Positions 37,115 through 46,799 are shown, counted from the stretch's first letter. The stretch: 64,000 bases of DNA from Nitrospirota bacterium (GCA_016212185.1 JACRGX010000002.1:3760-67759), one strand, 5' to 3'. The notes: a model not told the origin generated them from the sequence alone. Numbers and translations: made by a program.

Positions 37115-38032
37115 ATGTCCGGCAGCGTGCTGGTAGTTGATGATGAGCTTGTTGTTATAAAAAGCTGTGAAAGAATCTTAAATGCTGAAGGCTACAATGT
37201 AGACAGCGCCTCCGGCGGCGCAGAGGCATTGCGCAAAATAGAAAAAACTAACTACGACCTCGTGCTCACCGACCTAAAAATGCCCGGAATGGACGGCATA
37301 ACACTGATCAAACTGATAAAAAGGGCCAAACCCGCACAGGGCATTGTAGTCATTACAGGCTATCCGACGCAGGAGACAATCAAAGAAGCTCTTGAGATGG
37401 GCATCATTGATTATGTGCCAAAGCCGTTTACTCCGGCAGTGCTTACAGATGTTACGCACAGGGCCTTTCAATGGATAAAGGGGACAGTTGCTGGAGAAAA
37501 ACCAAAAGAGGAATTCCCTCCTGCCATGATTGCCGAGCTTGACAGGGTCCTCAGGGAATATAAAAACAAGCCGGGCAACGCAATACCCGCGCTTCAGCGC
37601 GCACAGGAAATCGTCGGATACCTGCCGCCCTTAATACAAAAACGTATTGCAAAAGGTTTAAATATATCGCCGGCTGAGATTCACAGCATTGTTTCGTTTT
37701 ACTCATTCTTTACAATGAAGCCGCGGGGCGACCACACGGTAAGGGTATGTCTCGGGACTGCATGTTATGTTAAAGGAATTGAGACAATAATAGCCAAACT
37801 TAAAGATACGCTAATGATAGATGTCGGCGGAATAACGGCAGATAAGAAATTCTCTCTTGAGACCGTCAGATGCCTTGGCGCCTGCGGCCTCGCGCCTGTC
37901 ATGGTCATAGACCATGATACATACGGCTCATTGACTCAGAAAAAGGCGGTAGATGCCCTGAGCAACTATGCCTCACTGCAGACGGCGGCGCTGTCCGAAG
38001 AGAAAGAATTTGCAGACAGCAAAGGAGATTAA
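37115..38032 (+). CDS. Receiver domain fused to a NuoE / HndA-type [2Fe-2S] thioredoxin-like subunit
   Basis: VLVVDDELVV...DLVLTDLKMPGMDG...KPF (REC), then RVCLGTACYVKG...RCLGACGLAPVM (NuoE-type four-Cys motif). Confidence 0.75.
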   Translation: MSGSVLVVDDELVVIKSCERILNAEGYNVDSASGGAEALRKIEKTNYDLVLTDLKMPGMDGITLIKLIKRAKPAQGIVVITGYPTQETIKEALEMGIIDYVPKPFTPAVLTDVTHRAFQWIKGTVAGEKPKEEFPPAMIAELDRVLREYKNKPGNAIPALQRAQEIVGYLPPLIQKRIAKGLNISPAEIHSIVSFYSFFTMKPRGDHTVRVCLGTACYVKGIETIIAKLKDTLMIDVGGITADKKFSLETVRCLGACGLAPVMVIDHDTYGSLTQKKAVDALSNYASLQTAALSEEKEFADSKGD

Positions 38033-38034
38033 AA

Positions 38035-38418
38035 ATGACGAGACTGACGATAGATGACCTTCTAAAGATCAAAGAAAAACATCAGGCGGAATTTACCCTG
38101 AGAGAAGGCGGTTACAGGGCAAAAGTTACAGTCCACATGGGCACCTGCGGAATTGCGGCAGGCGCAAGGGCTGTCATGACTGCATTAATGGATGAAATTT
38201 CAAATGCCAGTGTAAAGGATGTCATAGTCACAACCTCGGGCTGCGCAGGGCTTTGCGCCCGTGAGCCCATGGCGACTGTTGAAATAATCAATCAGCCGCC
38301 AGTAAAATACTGCGACTTAAATGAAGATAAAATTAAACAGATATTCAAAGAACACATTATAGCAGGAACACCTGTTGAAAAATATGTGCTGGTAGCCGGT
38401 TGTGAAACAACATACTAA
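38035..38418 (+). CDS. Small thioredoxin-like [2Fe-2S] ferredoxin (HndB-like)
   Basis: MGTCGIAAGA...TSGCAGLCAREP. Confidence 0.6.
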   Translation: MTRLTIDDLLKIKEKHQAEFTLREGGYRAKVTVHMGTCGIAAGARAVMTALMDEISNASVKDVIVTTSGCAGLCAREPMATVEIINQPPVKYCDLNEDKIKQIFKEHIIAGTPVEKYVLVAGCETTY

Positions 38419-38423
38419 AAAAA

Positions 38424-38520
38424 GGATTCAAGGGGTCAAGCGGTCAAGGATTCAAGTGATAGAAAACTACATTTTAAAAAATTGTCACTTGAACCCTGGA
38501 ATCCTGGAATCCTTGAACCC
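38424..38520. repeat. GGATTCAAGG-family palindrome between the ferredoxin and nuoF-like genes
   Basis: ggattcaaggggtcaagcggtcaaggattcaagtgat ... cacttgaaccctggaatcctggaatccttgaaccc. Confidence 0.6.
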
Positions 38521-38533
38521 TATTTAGGAGTCT

Positions 38534-40360
38534 ATGGAAAATTTTCGCGCAAATATAATGCTATGTGCAGGGACGGGCTGCGTTGCCAGCGGAACCATGA
38601 AGGTTAAGTTCGCCCTTGAGAAAGAGCTGAAGAAAACGGGGCTTGAAAACGAAATAAAAGTAGTCCTCACCGGCTGTAACGGCTACTGCGCGCAAGGTCC
38701 TGTAATGTCGGTTTATCCTGATGACATTTTTTATCAGGCAGTTAGCGTAGATGAAATACCCAAACTGGTTGAAGAACACTTCCTTAAAGGCAGGCCGTAT
38801 GAGAAGCTGATGTTCAAGGAGCCTGAAAAAAAGTCTGCTGTCCCTTTAATGAAGGACATCCCTTTCTTTAAACATCAGGTTCTAAGGGTATTAAGGAACA
38901 AAGGGCTTATTGACCCTGAAAAAATTGAAGAGTACATTGCAAGAGACGGTTATCAGGCCGCGGCTAAGGTGCTGACACAGATGACCCCTGAGGACGTAAT
39001 AAATGTGATAAAAGATTCAGGGATAAGAGGCCGGGGCGGAGCTGGATTTCCAACAGGCATGAAATGGGAATTTTGTTCAAAGGTCAGGTCTGATGTAAAG
39101 TTCATGCTCTGCAACGGTGATGAAGGCGACCCGGGCGCATTTATGGACAGGTCTGTAATGGAGGCTGACCCGCATGCTGTTATTGAAGGCATGATTATCG
39201 GCGCAAGGGCCATCGGCTCTCATAACGGCTACATCTACGTAAGAGCTGAATACCCTCTGGCTGTGAAAAGGCTTCAGCTGGCGATAGACCAATGTTATGA
39301 GGCAGGACTCCTCGGTAAAAACATCCTTGACAGCGGTTTTGATTTTGACCTTGAGATTTATCAGGGAGCCGGGGCCTTTGTCTGCGGAGAGGAAACCGCT
39401 TTGATGCGGTCCATTGAGGGCAAGCGCGGCATGCCGAGACCACGGCCGCCCTTCCCTGCCCACAAGGGATTATGGGACAAGCCGTCAGTTTTAAACAATG
39501 TTGAAACCCTTGCGCAGATTTCCCTGATAATTATGAACGGAGCAGACTGGTATAAAAGCCTCGGCACTGAAAAAAGCACCGGGACAAAGGTTTTCGCCCT
39601 TACAGGCGCAGTTAACAATATCGGGCTTATTGAAGTGCCTATGGGCACGCCGTTGAAGACCATTATTTTTGACATAGGCGGGGGTATAAAAAAGGGAAGA
39701 AAATTCAAAGCAGTCCAGATGGGAGGACCGTCAGGAGGCTGTATCCCTGAAAGTCTGATTGACATCCCGGTCACATATGAAGATGTCGTAAAGACAGGAG
39801 CCATCATGGGCTCAGGCGGCATGGTGGTAATGGACGACAACAACTGCATGGTCAGCATTGCAAAGTTCTTCCTGGAATTCACTGCGGACGAATCCTGTGG
39901 AAAGTGCGTGCCCTGCAGGGTGGGTACCAGGATACTGCTTGATATGCTCATTGACATTACAGAAGGCAGGGGAAAAGAAAGCGATATAGAAACACTTGAG
40001 GATCTCTCGCTGGATATTATCGCTGCATCGCTTTGCGGCCTCGGACAAACAGCGCCGAATCCCATCCTCACAACAATACGGTATTTTAAAGATGAATATG
40101 AATCGCATATAAAAGATAAATGGTGCAAGGCAGGTGTGTGCCGCAGTCTCTGCACATTTATGATTGATGAAAAAACCTGCACCGGATGCGGCGCATGCAT
40201 GAGGGCCTGTCCGGCTAAGGCAATTACAGGGGAAAAGAAAAAACCTCACAATATTATGCAGGAGGTCTGCGTCCACTGCAGGAACTGTTATGAAACCTGT
40301 AAGTTTAATTCTATCCGAATACTGCCGGCAGCAGCGAGAGAAACAGTGAAGAAAGAGTAA
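38534..40360 (+). CDS. NuoF / HndC-like NAD(P)H-binding flavoprotein with an N-terminal [2Fe-2S] domain and C-terminal 2x[4Fe-4S]
   Basis: GRGGAGFPTGMKWEF, ESCGKCVPCR, CTGCGACMRACP...CVHCRNCYETC. Confidence 0.85.
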   Translation: MENFRANIMLCAGTGCVASGTMKVKFALEKELKKTGLENEIKVVLTGCNGYCAQGPVMSVYPDDIFYQAVSVDEIPKLVEEHFLKGRPYEKLMFKEPEKKSAVPLMKDIPFFKHQVLRVLRNKGLIDPEKIEEYIARDGYQAAAKVLTQMTPEDVINVIKDSGIRGRGGAGFPTGMKWEFCSKVRSDVKFMLCNGDEGDPGAFMDRSVMEADPHAVIEGMIIGARAIGSHNGYIYVRAEYPLAVKRLQLAIDQCYEAGLLGKNILDSGFDFDLEIYQGAGAFVCGEETALMRSIEGKRGMPRPRPPFPAHKGLWDKPSVLNNVETLAQISLIIMNGADWYKSLGTEKSTGTKVFALTGAVNNIGLIEVPMGTPLKTIIFDIGGGIKKGRKFKAVQMGGPSGGCIPESLIDIPVTYEDVVKTGAIMGSGGMVVMDDNNCMVSIAKFFLEFTADESCGKCVPCRVGTRILLDMLIDITEGRGKESDIETLEDLSLDIIAASLCGLGQTAPNPILTTIRYFKDEYESHIKDKWCKAGVCRSLCTFMIDEKTCTGCGACMRACPAKAITGEKKKPHNIMQEVCVHCRNCYETCKFNSIRILPAAARETVKKE

Positions 40361-40362
40361 AA

Positions 40363-40510
40363 TCGGGTTAGAGGATTCAAGGATTCGAGGGTTCAAGTAA
40401 ACTATGGAATTCGTTATAAGTTATAAGTTATAAGTTATAAGTTATAGGATAACGAATAACGTAGCGCTAAAATTCACTTGAATCCTTGACCGCTTGACCC
40501 CTTGAATCCT
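40363..40510. repeat. GGATTCAAGG-family palindrome with an internal (GTTATAA)5 heptamer tract; about 92% identical, in reverse orientation, to 56043..56185
   Basis: gggttagaggattcaaggattcgagggttcaagt ... (gttataa)x4gttatagg ... acttgaatccttgaccgcttgaccccttgaatcc. Confidence 0.7.
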
Positions 40511-40525
40511 TTGAAAGGTTTTATT

Positions 40526-43075
40526 ATGGTAACTTTAACAATTAACGGCAAACAAATTGAAGCTGTAGAAGGCACGACCATTCTTGAGGCTGCGCTGAAA
40601 AACGGCATCAGGATTCCAAACCTCTGCTATGACAGAAGGCTCAAGCCTTATGGCGCATGCAGGTTGTGCGTTGTTGAAGTGGAAGGTCAGCCGAGGCTTT
40701 TTGCTTCATGCTCAAGCCCGGTCACTGCAGGCATGGCGGTAAAAACTGATACGCCGAAACTGAGGAAGGCGCGCCAGACAGTGCTTGAGCTCATGCTGGT
40801 GCACCATCCTCTGGACTGCCCGCTATGCGACAAGGCCGGCGAGTGCGACCTTCAGGACTTTGCATACGACTACGGTAAACCTGAAGCGCGCTTTATCAGA
40901 CACCGGAAAGAAGCGCCTCCTGATGTAAGGGGTCCACTGGTAGAGCTGACTGCAAACAGATGCATTTTATGCGGCAAATGCGTGCGGCTGTGCGATGAGC
41001 ATCAGGGCCGGGGAGCATTAGGGTTTATCGGCAGGGGATTTTCTACAGTGGTCCAGCCTGCTTTCGGCGAAATACTTGAATGCGATTACTGCGGGCAGTG
41101 CATAGATGCATGTCCTACCGGCGCGCTTCTCAGCAAACCGTATAAATTCAAGGCAAGGCCCTGGTTCCTTGATGAAAAAGATACCATATGCCCGTTCTGC
41201 GGCTGCGGCTGCACCCTGACTCTCGGAATTCGGGATGGAGAAATATTAAGGTCACGGGGAGTAGAAGGCAGGGGACAAAGCAAAGGCAATCTCTGCGGCA
41301 GGGGCAGATTCGGCTTTGATTACATTTACAGCAAAAACCGCCTGAAGACCCCGCTGATTAGAATAAAGGATAAAAAAGAGGGTTCAAGGATTCAAGGATT
41401 CAAGGATTCAAGTGAAAAACTCGACCCCTCGACCCCTCGACCCCTCGACCCCTTTCCAAGTTTTAGAGAGGCTTCCTGGACTGAGGCGTTGAATTACATC
41501 AGCGAAAACCTCCGGTCTATTTCAGAACAACACGGGCCGTCTTCCATAGGCGCCATAGGCTCGCACAGATGCGCTAATGAAGATAATCATATGCTGCAAA
41601 AATTCATGAAGCACATTATCGGCTCAAACAATATTGACTCATCGGCAGCCTTTGGCTATGCAGTTGTTGAAAAGGCATGGGAAACGGCCTTCGGTCAAAA
41701 ATGCCACAGCATTAACCTTAAATCCCCGCTTGATAAAGAAGCCATTCTGATAGTTGAATCCGACCTGACTGTTACGCATCCGGTATTCGGGCTGAATATC
41801 TTACAGGCCAAAAGGGAAGGTTCAAAGCTTATTGTTGCCGACAGTAGGGAAACAAAACTTACAAGACACAGCTCGCAGAAGCTCAGGATAAAACCCGGGA
41901 CAGGCATAGCCCTGCTTAACGGAATAATGAAAATTATAATGGACAAAGAGCTCTTTGATAAAGAAAAGGTATCGGGTATTGCAGGTTTCTCAGCGCTTCA
42001 GACATTATTAGATGATTACACCACTGAGAAGGTCTGCAGGATTACCGGATTAACAGAAGCAGAGCTGACAGCAGCCTCTGAAACATATGCCCGCGCCAAA
42101 AGCAGAATGATTTCCCTCACAATAAGCGCTTCGGAGAACACCAAAGGCATGGATACCGTTCTTGCCGCTGCCAATCTTATCTTACTGCTTGGCGACAGCC
42201 ACAGCTCGCTTCAAATACCTGCGGAATATTCAAACAGCTTCGGCGCATATCACCTTTTGAACGGTTTAAACAATTCAAGCACAGGAAAAGATATTTTTGA
42301 AATGCTTTATAACCCGGACTCTATCAGGGCATTATATATCATGGGAGAAGACCCTGCGCTCAACTTCCCGGACACCTCAAGTATAATAAATAAGTTGAAG
42401 TCTTTGGATTTTCTGATTGTTCAGGACATAGCGCTTACTGAAACCGCAAAATTAGCGCATGTAGTCCTGCCTGCGTCAAGCTGGGCTGAAAAAGACGGAA
42501 CATTCACCAATGCCGAAGGGCTTAACCAGCGGCTGCAAAAAGTAATTGACACGGCAGAACAGCCTCTTCCTGACTGGAGGATATTGAAGGACCTTGCTTT
42601 ATGCATGGGGAAAGACACAGGCATAAGAAACATTGAAGATATTACCAAAGAAATAACTTCATCCTTCAACCCTCAACCTTCAACCCTCAACCCTCAACCT
42701 TGTTTTAGTCCGGTTAGTTACGCCCCTGCCGAAAAATCAGACAGTTATCCCATATCCCTGATACTCAGGGATATTCTTCAGCACTCAGGGAGCATGTCTG
42801 CACGGTCAAAATCACTGGACCTGGTGGCATCCGAGGCAATTCTTGAGATAAATGAAGAAGATGCCAAAAAACTCGGCATCACAGACAACAGTCATGTAAA
42901 AGTAAGTTCAAGCCGTACCAGTGTTTATCTTAAGGCAATGGTTTCCGACGAAATCCCGGAAGGCGCAGTGTTTGTCTCTGCACATTTTCCCCATGCAAAA
43001 ATAAACACCCTGACCTCTCCCTTCTTAAACGGCATGCCCTCTATCACCATGGTAAATATAGAAGCCGTGAAGTAA
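40526..43075 (+). CDS. NuoG / FdhA-like subunit (2Fe-2S, 4Fe-4S, MopB and molybdopterin-dinucleotide-binding domains) lacking the Cys/Sec Mo ligand
   Basis: The N-terminal FeS domains and MopB CPFCGCGCTL cluster are intact. Where FdhA has [18 protein letters not shown]...GSGAMTNS this protein reads NNIDSSAAFGYAVVEKAWETAFG. Start reassigned to the ATG at 40526 (GAAAGG RBS), outside the upstream hairpin. Confidence 0.75.
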   Translation: MVTLTINGKQIEAVEGTTILEAALKNGIRIPNLCYDRRLKPYGACRLCVVEVEGQPRLFASCSSPVTAGMAVKTDTPKLRKARQTVLELMLVHHPLDCPLCDKAGECDLQDFAYDYGKPEARFIRHRKEAPPDVRGPLVELTANRCILCGKCVRLCDEHQGRGALGFIGRGFSTVVQPAFGEILECDYCGQCIDACPTGALLSKPYKFKARPWFLDEKDTICPFCGCGCTLTLGIRDGEILRSRGVEGRGQSKGNLCGRGRFGFDYIYSKNRLKTPLIRIKDKKEGSRIQGFKDSSEKLDPSTPRPLDPFPSFREASWTEALNYISENLRSISEQHGPSSIGAIGSHRCANEDNHMLQKFMKHIIGSNNIDSSAAFGYAVVEKAWETAFGQKCHSINLKSPLDKEAILIVESDLTVTHPVFGLNILQAKREGSKLIVADSRETKLTRHSSQKLRIKPGTGIALLNGIMKIIMDKELFDKEKVSGIAGFSALQTLLDDYTTEKVCRITGLTEAELTAASETYARAKSRMISLTISASENTKGMDTVLAAANLILLLGDSHSSLQIPAEYSNSFGAYHLLNGLNNSSTGKDIFEMLYNPDSIRALYIMGEDPALNFPDTSSIINKLKSLDFLIVQDIALTETAKLAHVVLPASSWAEKDGTFTNAEGLNQRLQKVIDTAEQPLPDWRILKDLALCMGKDTGIRNIEDITKEITSSFNPQPSTLNPQPCFSPVSYAPAEKSDSYPISLILRDILQHSGSMSARSKSLDLVASEAILEINEEDAKKLGITDNSHVKVSSSRTSVYLKAMVSDEIPEGAVFVSAHFPHAKINTLTSPFLNGMPSITMVNIEAVK
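41380..41453 (+). repeat. In-frame tandem nonamer insert (GGATTCAAG)3-(CTCGACCCC)4 within the NuoG/FdhA-like CDS
   Basis: Encodes GSRIQGFKDSSEKLDPSTPRPLDP. A near-identical copy lies in the paralog at 55112..55184. Confidence 0.8.
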
Positions 43076-43159
43076 AAGTTAAAAACACTTGACACTACCG
43101 GTAAAATTTTATATAGTTTCAAAACGGCAAATAACCATATCTTATCGGGGGGGGATAAA

Positions 43160-43903
43160 ATGAAAAAAATAATCCTGTCTTGTTTTTGTTGTTCAGTACT
43201 CTTTATTCTGTCAGCAATCACTTCATCATCATCTGCCAGCGAGATAGATAAGCTGACCGGATGGAAATTTGCACAGCTTGCCAAGGGAGGCGTTTTATAC
43301 GACAACTGGCCCGCAGAACTCAGGGTAAAGATTGATAAGACACACCCCGCCTACCCTGCCGAAGGAAAAATTAAAGGCTTGGATACATGGCGCTGTAAGG
43401 AATGTCACGGCTGGGACTATAAAGGCAAGGCAGGCATTTATTCAAGCGGCGAGCATTATACAGGCATCGGAGGCATCAGGGCTTATGCCAATCAGGATCC
43501 GGTGGAAATAGTAAAAATACTTAAGAATAAAACCCATGCTCTTGGAAATATGATAGGAGAAAGTGATCTGGAAGCCCTGTCACTGTTTGTCTCCTTCGGG
43601 CAGATAGACATGGACCTCTACCTTGACCGTACAACAAAAAAGGTTATCGGCGAGCCTGCAAACGGCGCAAGGATATATCTGACCACATGCATAAAATGCC
43701 ACGGCGATGACGGCAAGGCAATAAATCACGGTACTATGCAAAACCCCATATATGTTGGAACGTCTGCAAATAAAAACCCGTGGGAAACCATTCACAAAAT
43801 CCGGTGGGGACATCCCGGAACCCAGATGATCTCCCTGCTCTTCTTAGGGCTGAAGGACCAGCTTGACGTCCTCTCCTTCTGCAAAACACTGCCGGAAGAA
43901 TAA
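43160..43903 (+). CDS. Secreted dihaem cytochrome c
   Basis: Signal peptide; CKECHG and CIKCHG (two CxxCH motifs). Confidence 0.8.
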   Translation: MKKIILSCFCCSVLFILSAITSSSSASEIDKLTGWKFAQLAKGGVLYDNWPAELRVKIDKTHPAYPAEGKIKGLDTWRCKECHGWDYKGKAGIYSSGEHYTGIGGIRAYANQDPVEIVKILKNKTHALGNMIGESDLEALSLFVSFGQIDMDLYLDRTTKKVIGEPANGARIYLTTCIKCHGDDGKAINHGTMQNPIYVGTSANKNPWETIHKIRWGHPGTQMISLLFLGLKDQLDVLSFCKTLPEE

Positions 43904-44110
43904 GAGAGGGAGATAAAAAACTGTTCAACAGCCTTAAGCAGGATTTCAGTTTTGTAAAATGGATTGGGAACTATCCCGGCATATAGGAATAAAAGCCAAG
44001 CAGACAGGCTCTTAACTTTCAGCTTTTAATTCTTAACTGTCTTTTCCCCTTTACTACTTGCTACTCTCTACTTTTTTTCACCCATCACGCGTTACGTATC
44101 TTTTTTTTCT

Positions 44111-44146
44111 TAATTCTTTAACTCTTAACTCCCAACTTTTAACTTT
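44111..44146. repeat. Heptamer tandem tract (TCTTAAC / GTTAAGA)n at the 3' end of the BNR gene
   Basis: taattctttaactcttaactcccaacttttaac; related tract at 53262..53292. Confidence 0.5.
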
Positions 44147-44150
44147 CTTT

Positions 44151-46799
44151 TTACTCTCCTGTCACCGTAAAATTCCCGCTGGTTACAGCCTTAGACAGCG
44201 CATTGTAATAAAGCGTTCCGTCAGATTTTTTAATCTGCACGCCTATTGCATCAGGACTGCCATCTGTTATTGTAGCTGTAAATGTATATCCGGCAGTTCC
44301 ATTCACAGTCCCTGTGCCTGTAACTGCTGCAATGCCGTTTGAAACCGTAATGCCGCTTATTGCCGTGCTCGCAAAATTCATCCTTGTCCGGGTGTAGTAG
44401 TACCTCACATAGCTCGTTCCAAGGGATGAGGCATTTACATTGACAGCTAACGTCGCTCTGAAGAATGGGATAGGGTAGTTATAAGCATTGCCTGAAACGG
44501 ATAGGACAGGCGTTGCAGGGTTGCAGTCATCGTCTATGTTGTTGTTTGGTATTTCGGCTGCTCCGGGATTTATTGATGGGTTGCTGTCATTACAATCCAC
44601 GGGACCAAAGCCGTCTTCTATGGCATACCCATCCCCATCATTGTCTGTGTATGTAGGCGGCAAACGCCATGTTCCGTGCGAGGAGCCGACATACACATAT
44701 CCATTGTGTGGGTTTACTGATATTGACCATGGCGTAAATTCTGGACCAAGGTTATATGTAATATTCTCCCATGTGTCCCCATAATTTATTGATCTAAAAA
44801 TTCCATTAGAATGCCCATAAAAATTTATCCATTTCCCAGCGTAAACAACATTTGGATGTTTTGGGTCTACTGTTATATATCGTGTACTGCATGTTCCAAA
44901 AGCGTCAGTTTCTAAGTTGCCTTCGCCTCCGCATGTTTTTAAATCCCATGTCGACCCATTCCAGATATGTACTCCTTCCCATAGTCCTGTCACATAAATT
45001 CTGTCTGGATTTTTAGGATCTATAAAAATTTCTCCGGGCCCTGAGGTGCCTATATCAACAGAGTCGTATGAAATCCAATTAGTTCCACCATCAGTTGATT
45101 TCGATAATGTTAAGATAAAACCATTCATGTCTGCAGCATAAATTATATTTTCATCACTTGCATCGCCCTGAAACATAGCAACAACTTTTTTAGAAAGCTC
45201 ACTCCAATTGTTACCTTTGTCAGTGCTCTTATATTTACCCGCGTAAACAATGTTTGGGTTCTGTGGATGGAAAGCAATAAAATTATAATTATCTTCAGTG
45301 TATTGTTTACCATTAGTTCCATCCATTAATGTCCAGTTTTGTCCCCCGTCCTGCGTTACGGCAATTACCTGATTAGTCCACCCGCCTACTGCGGTTACAA
45401 TTACGTTGGAATTAGGAGTAGGGTCAAGTGCACCTACCGGTGTTGTCCTAACACCGGTATAACGTGGTATTTTTAGATTTTTGAATGTTGAACCCCCATC
45501 TTCTGTGAGTACAGGACCGAAATCCATTAAAAATAATGCAAACCTATTGGGGTTGTTAGAGTCCCAACTAAAAGAAGTTGAGCTAACCCCTGCCCTTCCC
45601 CCTGTATAACCGTTTCCAGAATATGTCCAGGTATCTCCTCCATTGGTAGTTTTCTCAAGATGATTTCCGGCTCCAGAGGTTATTGCGATTTTTTCATTGT
45701 CTGGATTGATACCCGGATGGGTTGCAATTGGTGTACTATAATATTCCCCACCTTGTGAATCATTTACTTCATAAATTAAACTGCCGTTATCCATTGTAGA
45801 GGGTTTATACCAATTCTCTCCACCATTATGTGTATAATATGGGTGATTTCCCCCTAACATATAAAAACTTACATAAAGATAGTTGGGATCCTTAGAACTC
45901 ATTGCCAAATAGGTGGCTTTCTTGCCCTGATTCACAGGAGATAACCCAGTGTTCTTAGGGCTGAAACTATTACCACCATCAGTGGATTTATAAACTCCCT
46001 TTGTTCCAACTGTGACATAAATAATATTAGGATTATTGGGATTCACTACTATCGCCCTTGGAAAATCATCTATTGGGAGATCAGTTCCTATCGGTTCAAG
46101 AGTTACTGTTCCATTGTCAGTTACTTTGTAAAGTCCATTCTCGGTAGCTAAAAATATAATAGAGGAGTTCTGGGGATTTACCTTTACATCCAATATTTTT
46201 GTTCCTGATAATATATTTAATGGACTCCATGTGTCTCCTCCATCTATGGATTTTAATAGTCCTTCCTCATGAGTGCCAGCATAAATAGTATTTGCTCCTG
46301 CAAAGGCAAAATTAACCCCACCTTTTTTGGCTCCTAAACTATAAAAATGAGTTGGATAAACCCTATTCCAACTTTCTCCTCCATCTTGTGTTCTGTATAT
46401 GCCGTCTGCAATTTCATTTGATTCTGTTTGGTAACTTGAGCCGGCTACAAAGACAATATTTTCATTGTTTGGATGAACAGCTAAAGAGATTCCTCCATTT
46501 GCTAAAAATCCTTTATGCTTCATTTGCCATGTATTACCCCCATCCTTGCTTTTCCATACCTGGGATGTGTTTGACACTAAATATAAAATATAAGGATTTG
46601 ATGGTGCGTAACTAAGTCCCCAAACCATCTGCATACCCTCTCCACCAGACATCCCCTCATTTTCTTGTGCTTGAGTACGCAGAGGCACCTGTTGCCAAGT
46701 TTGAGACGCAGCTTCCACTTTTGCATACAAAGCTGTCATAAAAATGATTAATAAGAATAAGCTGTAAACAGTTTTTTTCATAATCTGTCTCCTTGTCAA
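44151..46799 (-). CDS. Large secreted BNR/Asp-box repeat protein with a C-terminal MopE-like motif
   Basis: Signal peptide; at least 10 SxDxGxTW-type motifs (SKDGGNTW, TQDGGESW, STDGGTNW ...); C-terminal DNDGDGYA...GPVDCNDSNP. Confidence 0.75.
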   Translation of the reverse strand: MTRRQIMKKTVYSLFLLIIFMTALYAKVEAASQTWQQVPLRTQAQENEGMSGGEGMQMVWGLSYAPSNPYILYLVSNTSQVWKSKDGGNTWQMKHKGFLANGGISLAVHPNNENIVFVAGSSYQTESNEIADGIYRTQDGGESWNRVYPTHFYSLGAKKGGVNFAFAGANTIYAGTHEEGLLKSIDGGDTWSPLNILSGTKILDVKVNPQNSSIIFLATENGLYKVTDNGTVTLEPIGTDLPIDDFPRAIVVNPNNPNIIYVTVGTKGVYKSTDGGNSFSPKNTGLSPVNQGKKATYLAMSSKDPNYLYVSFYMLGGNHPYYTHNGGENWYKPSTMDNGSLIYEVNDSQGGEYYSTPIATHPGINPDNEKIAITSGAGNHLEKTTNGGDTWTYSGNGYTGGRAGVSSTSFSWDSNNPNRFALFLMDFGPVLTEDGGSTFKNLKIPRYTGVRTTPVGALDPTPNSNVIVTAVGGWTNQVIAVTQDGGQNWTLMDGTNGKQYTEDNYNFIAFHPQNPNIVYAGKYKSTDKGNNWSELSKKVVAMFQGDASDENIIYAADMNGFILTLSKSTDGGTNWISYDSVDIGTSGPGEIFIDPKNPDRIYVTGLWEGVHIWNGSTWDLKTCGGEGNLETDAFGTCSTRYITVDPKHPNVVYAGKWINFYGHSNGIFRSINYGDTWENITYNLGPEFTPWSISVNPHNGYVYVGSSHGTWRLPPTYTDNDGDGYAIEDGFGPVDCNDSNPSINPGAAEIPNNNIDDDCNPATPVLSVSGNAYNYPIPFFRATLAVNVNASSLGTSYVRYYYTRTRMNFASTAISGITVSNGIAAVTGTGTVNGTAGYTFTATITDGSPDAIGVQIKKSDGTLYYNALSKAVTSGNFTVTGE

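Noticed and set aside
39361-40396. 279-aa and 194-aa minus-strand ORFs
   Set aside because: Antisense to the NuoF-like gene, which has strong motif support.
40502-40525. First ATG of the NuoG/FdhA-like ORF (MNPLKGFI...) and the equivalent MNPLKGLI start of fdhA at 56059
   Set aside because: These codons lie inside the arm of the GGATTCAAGG palindrome (cttgaatcctttgaaagg). The downstream ATG (40526 / 56035) has a proper GAAAGG / AAAGG RBS, and both paralogs then begin MVTLTI.
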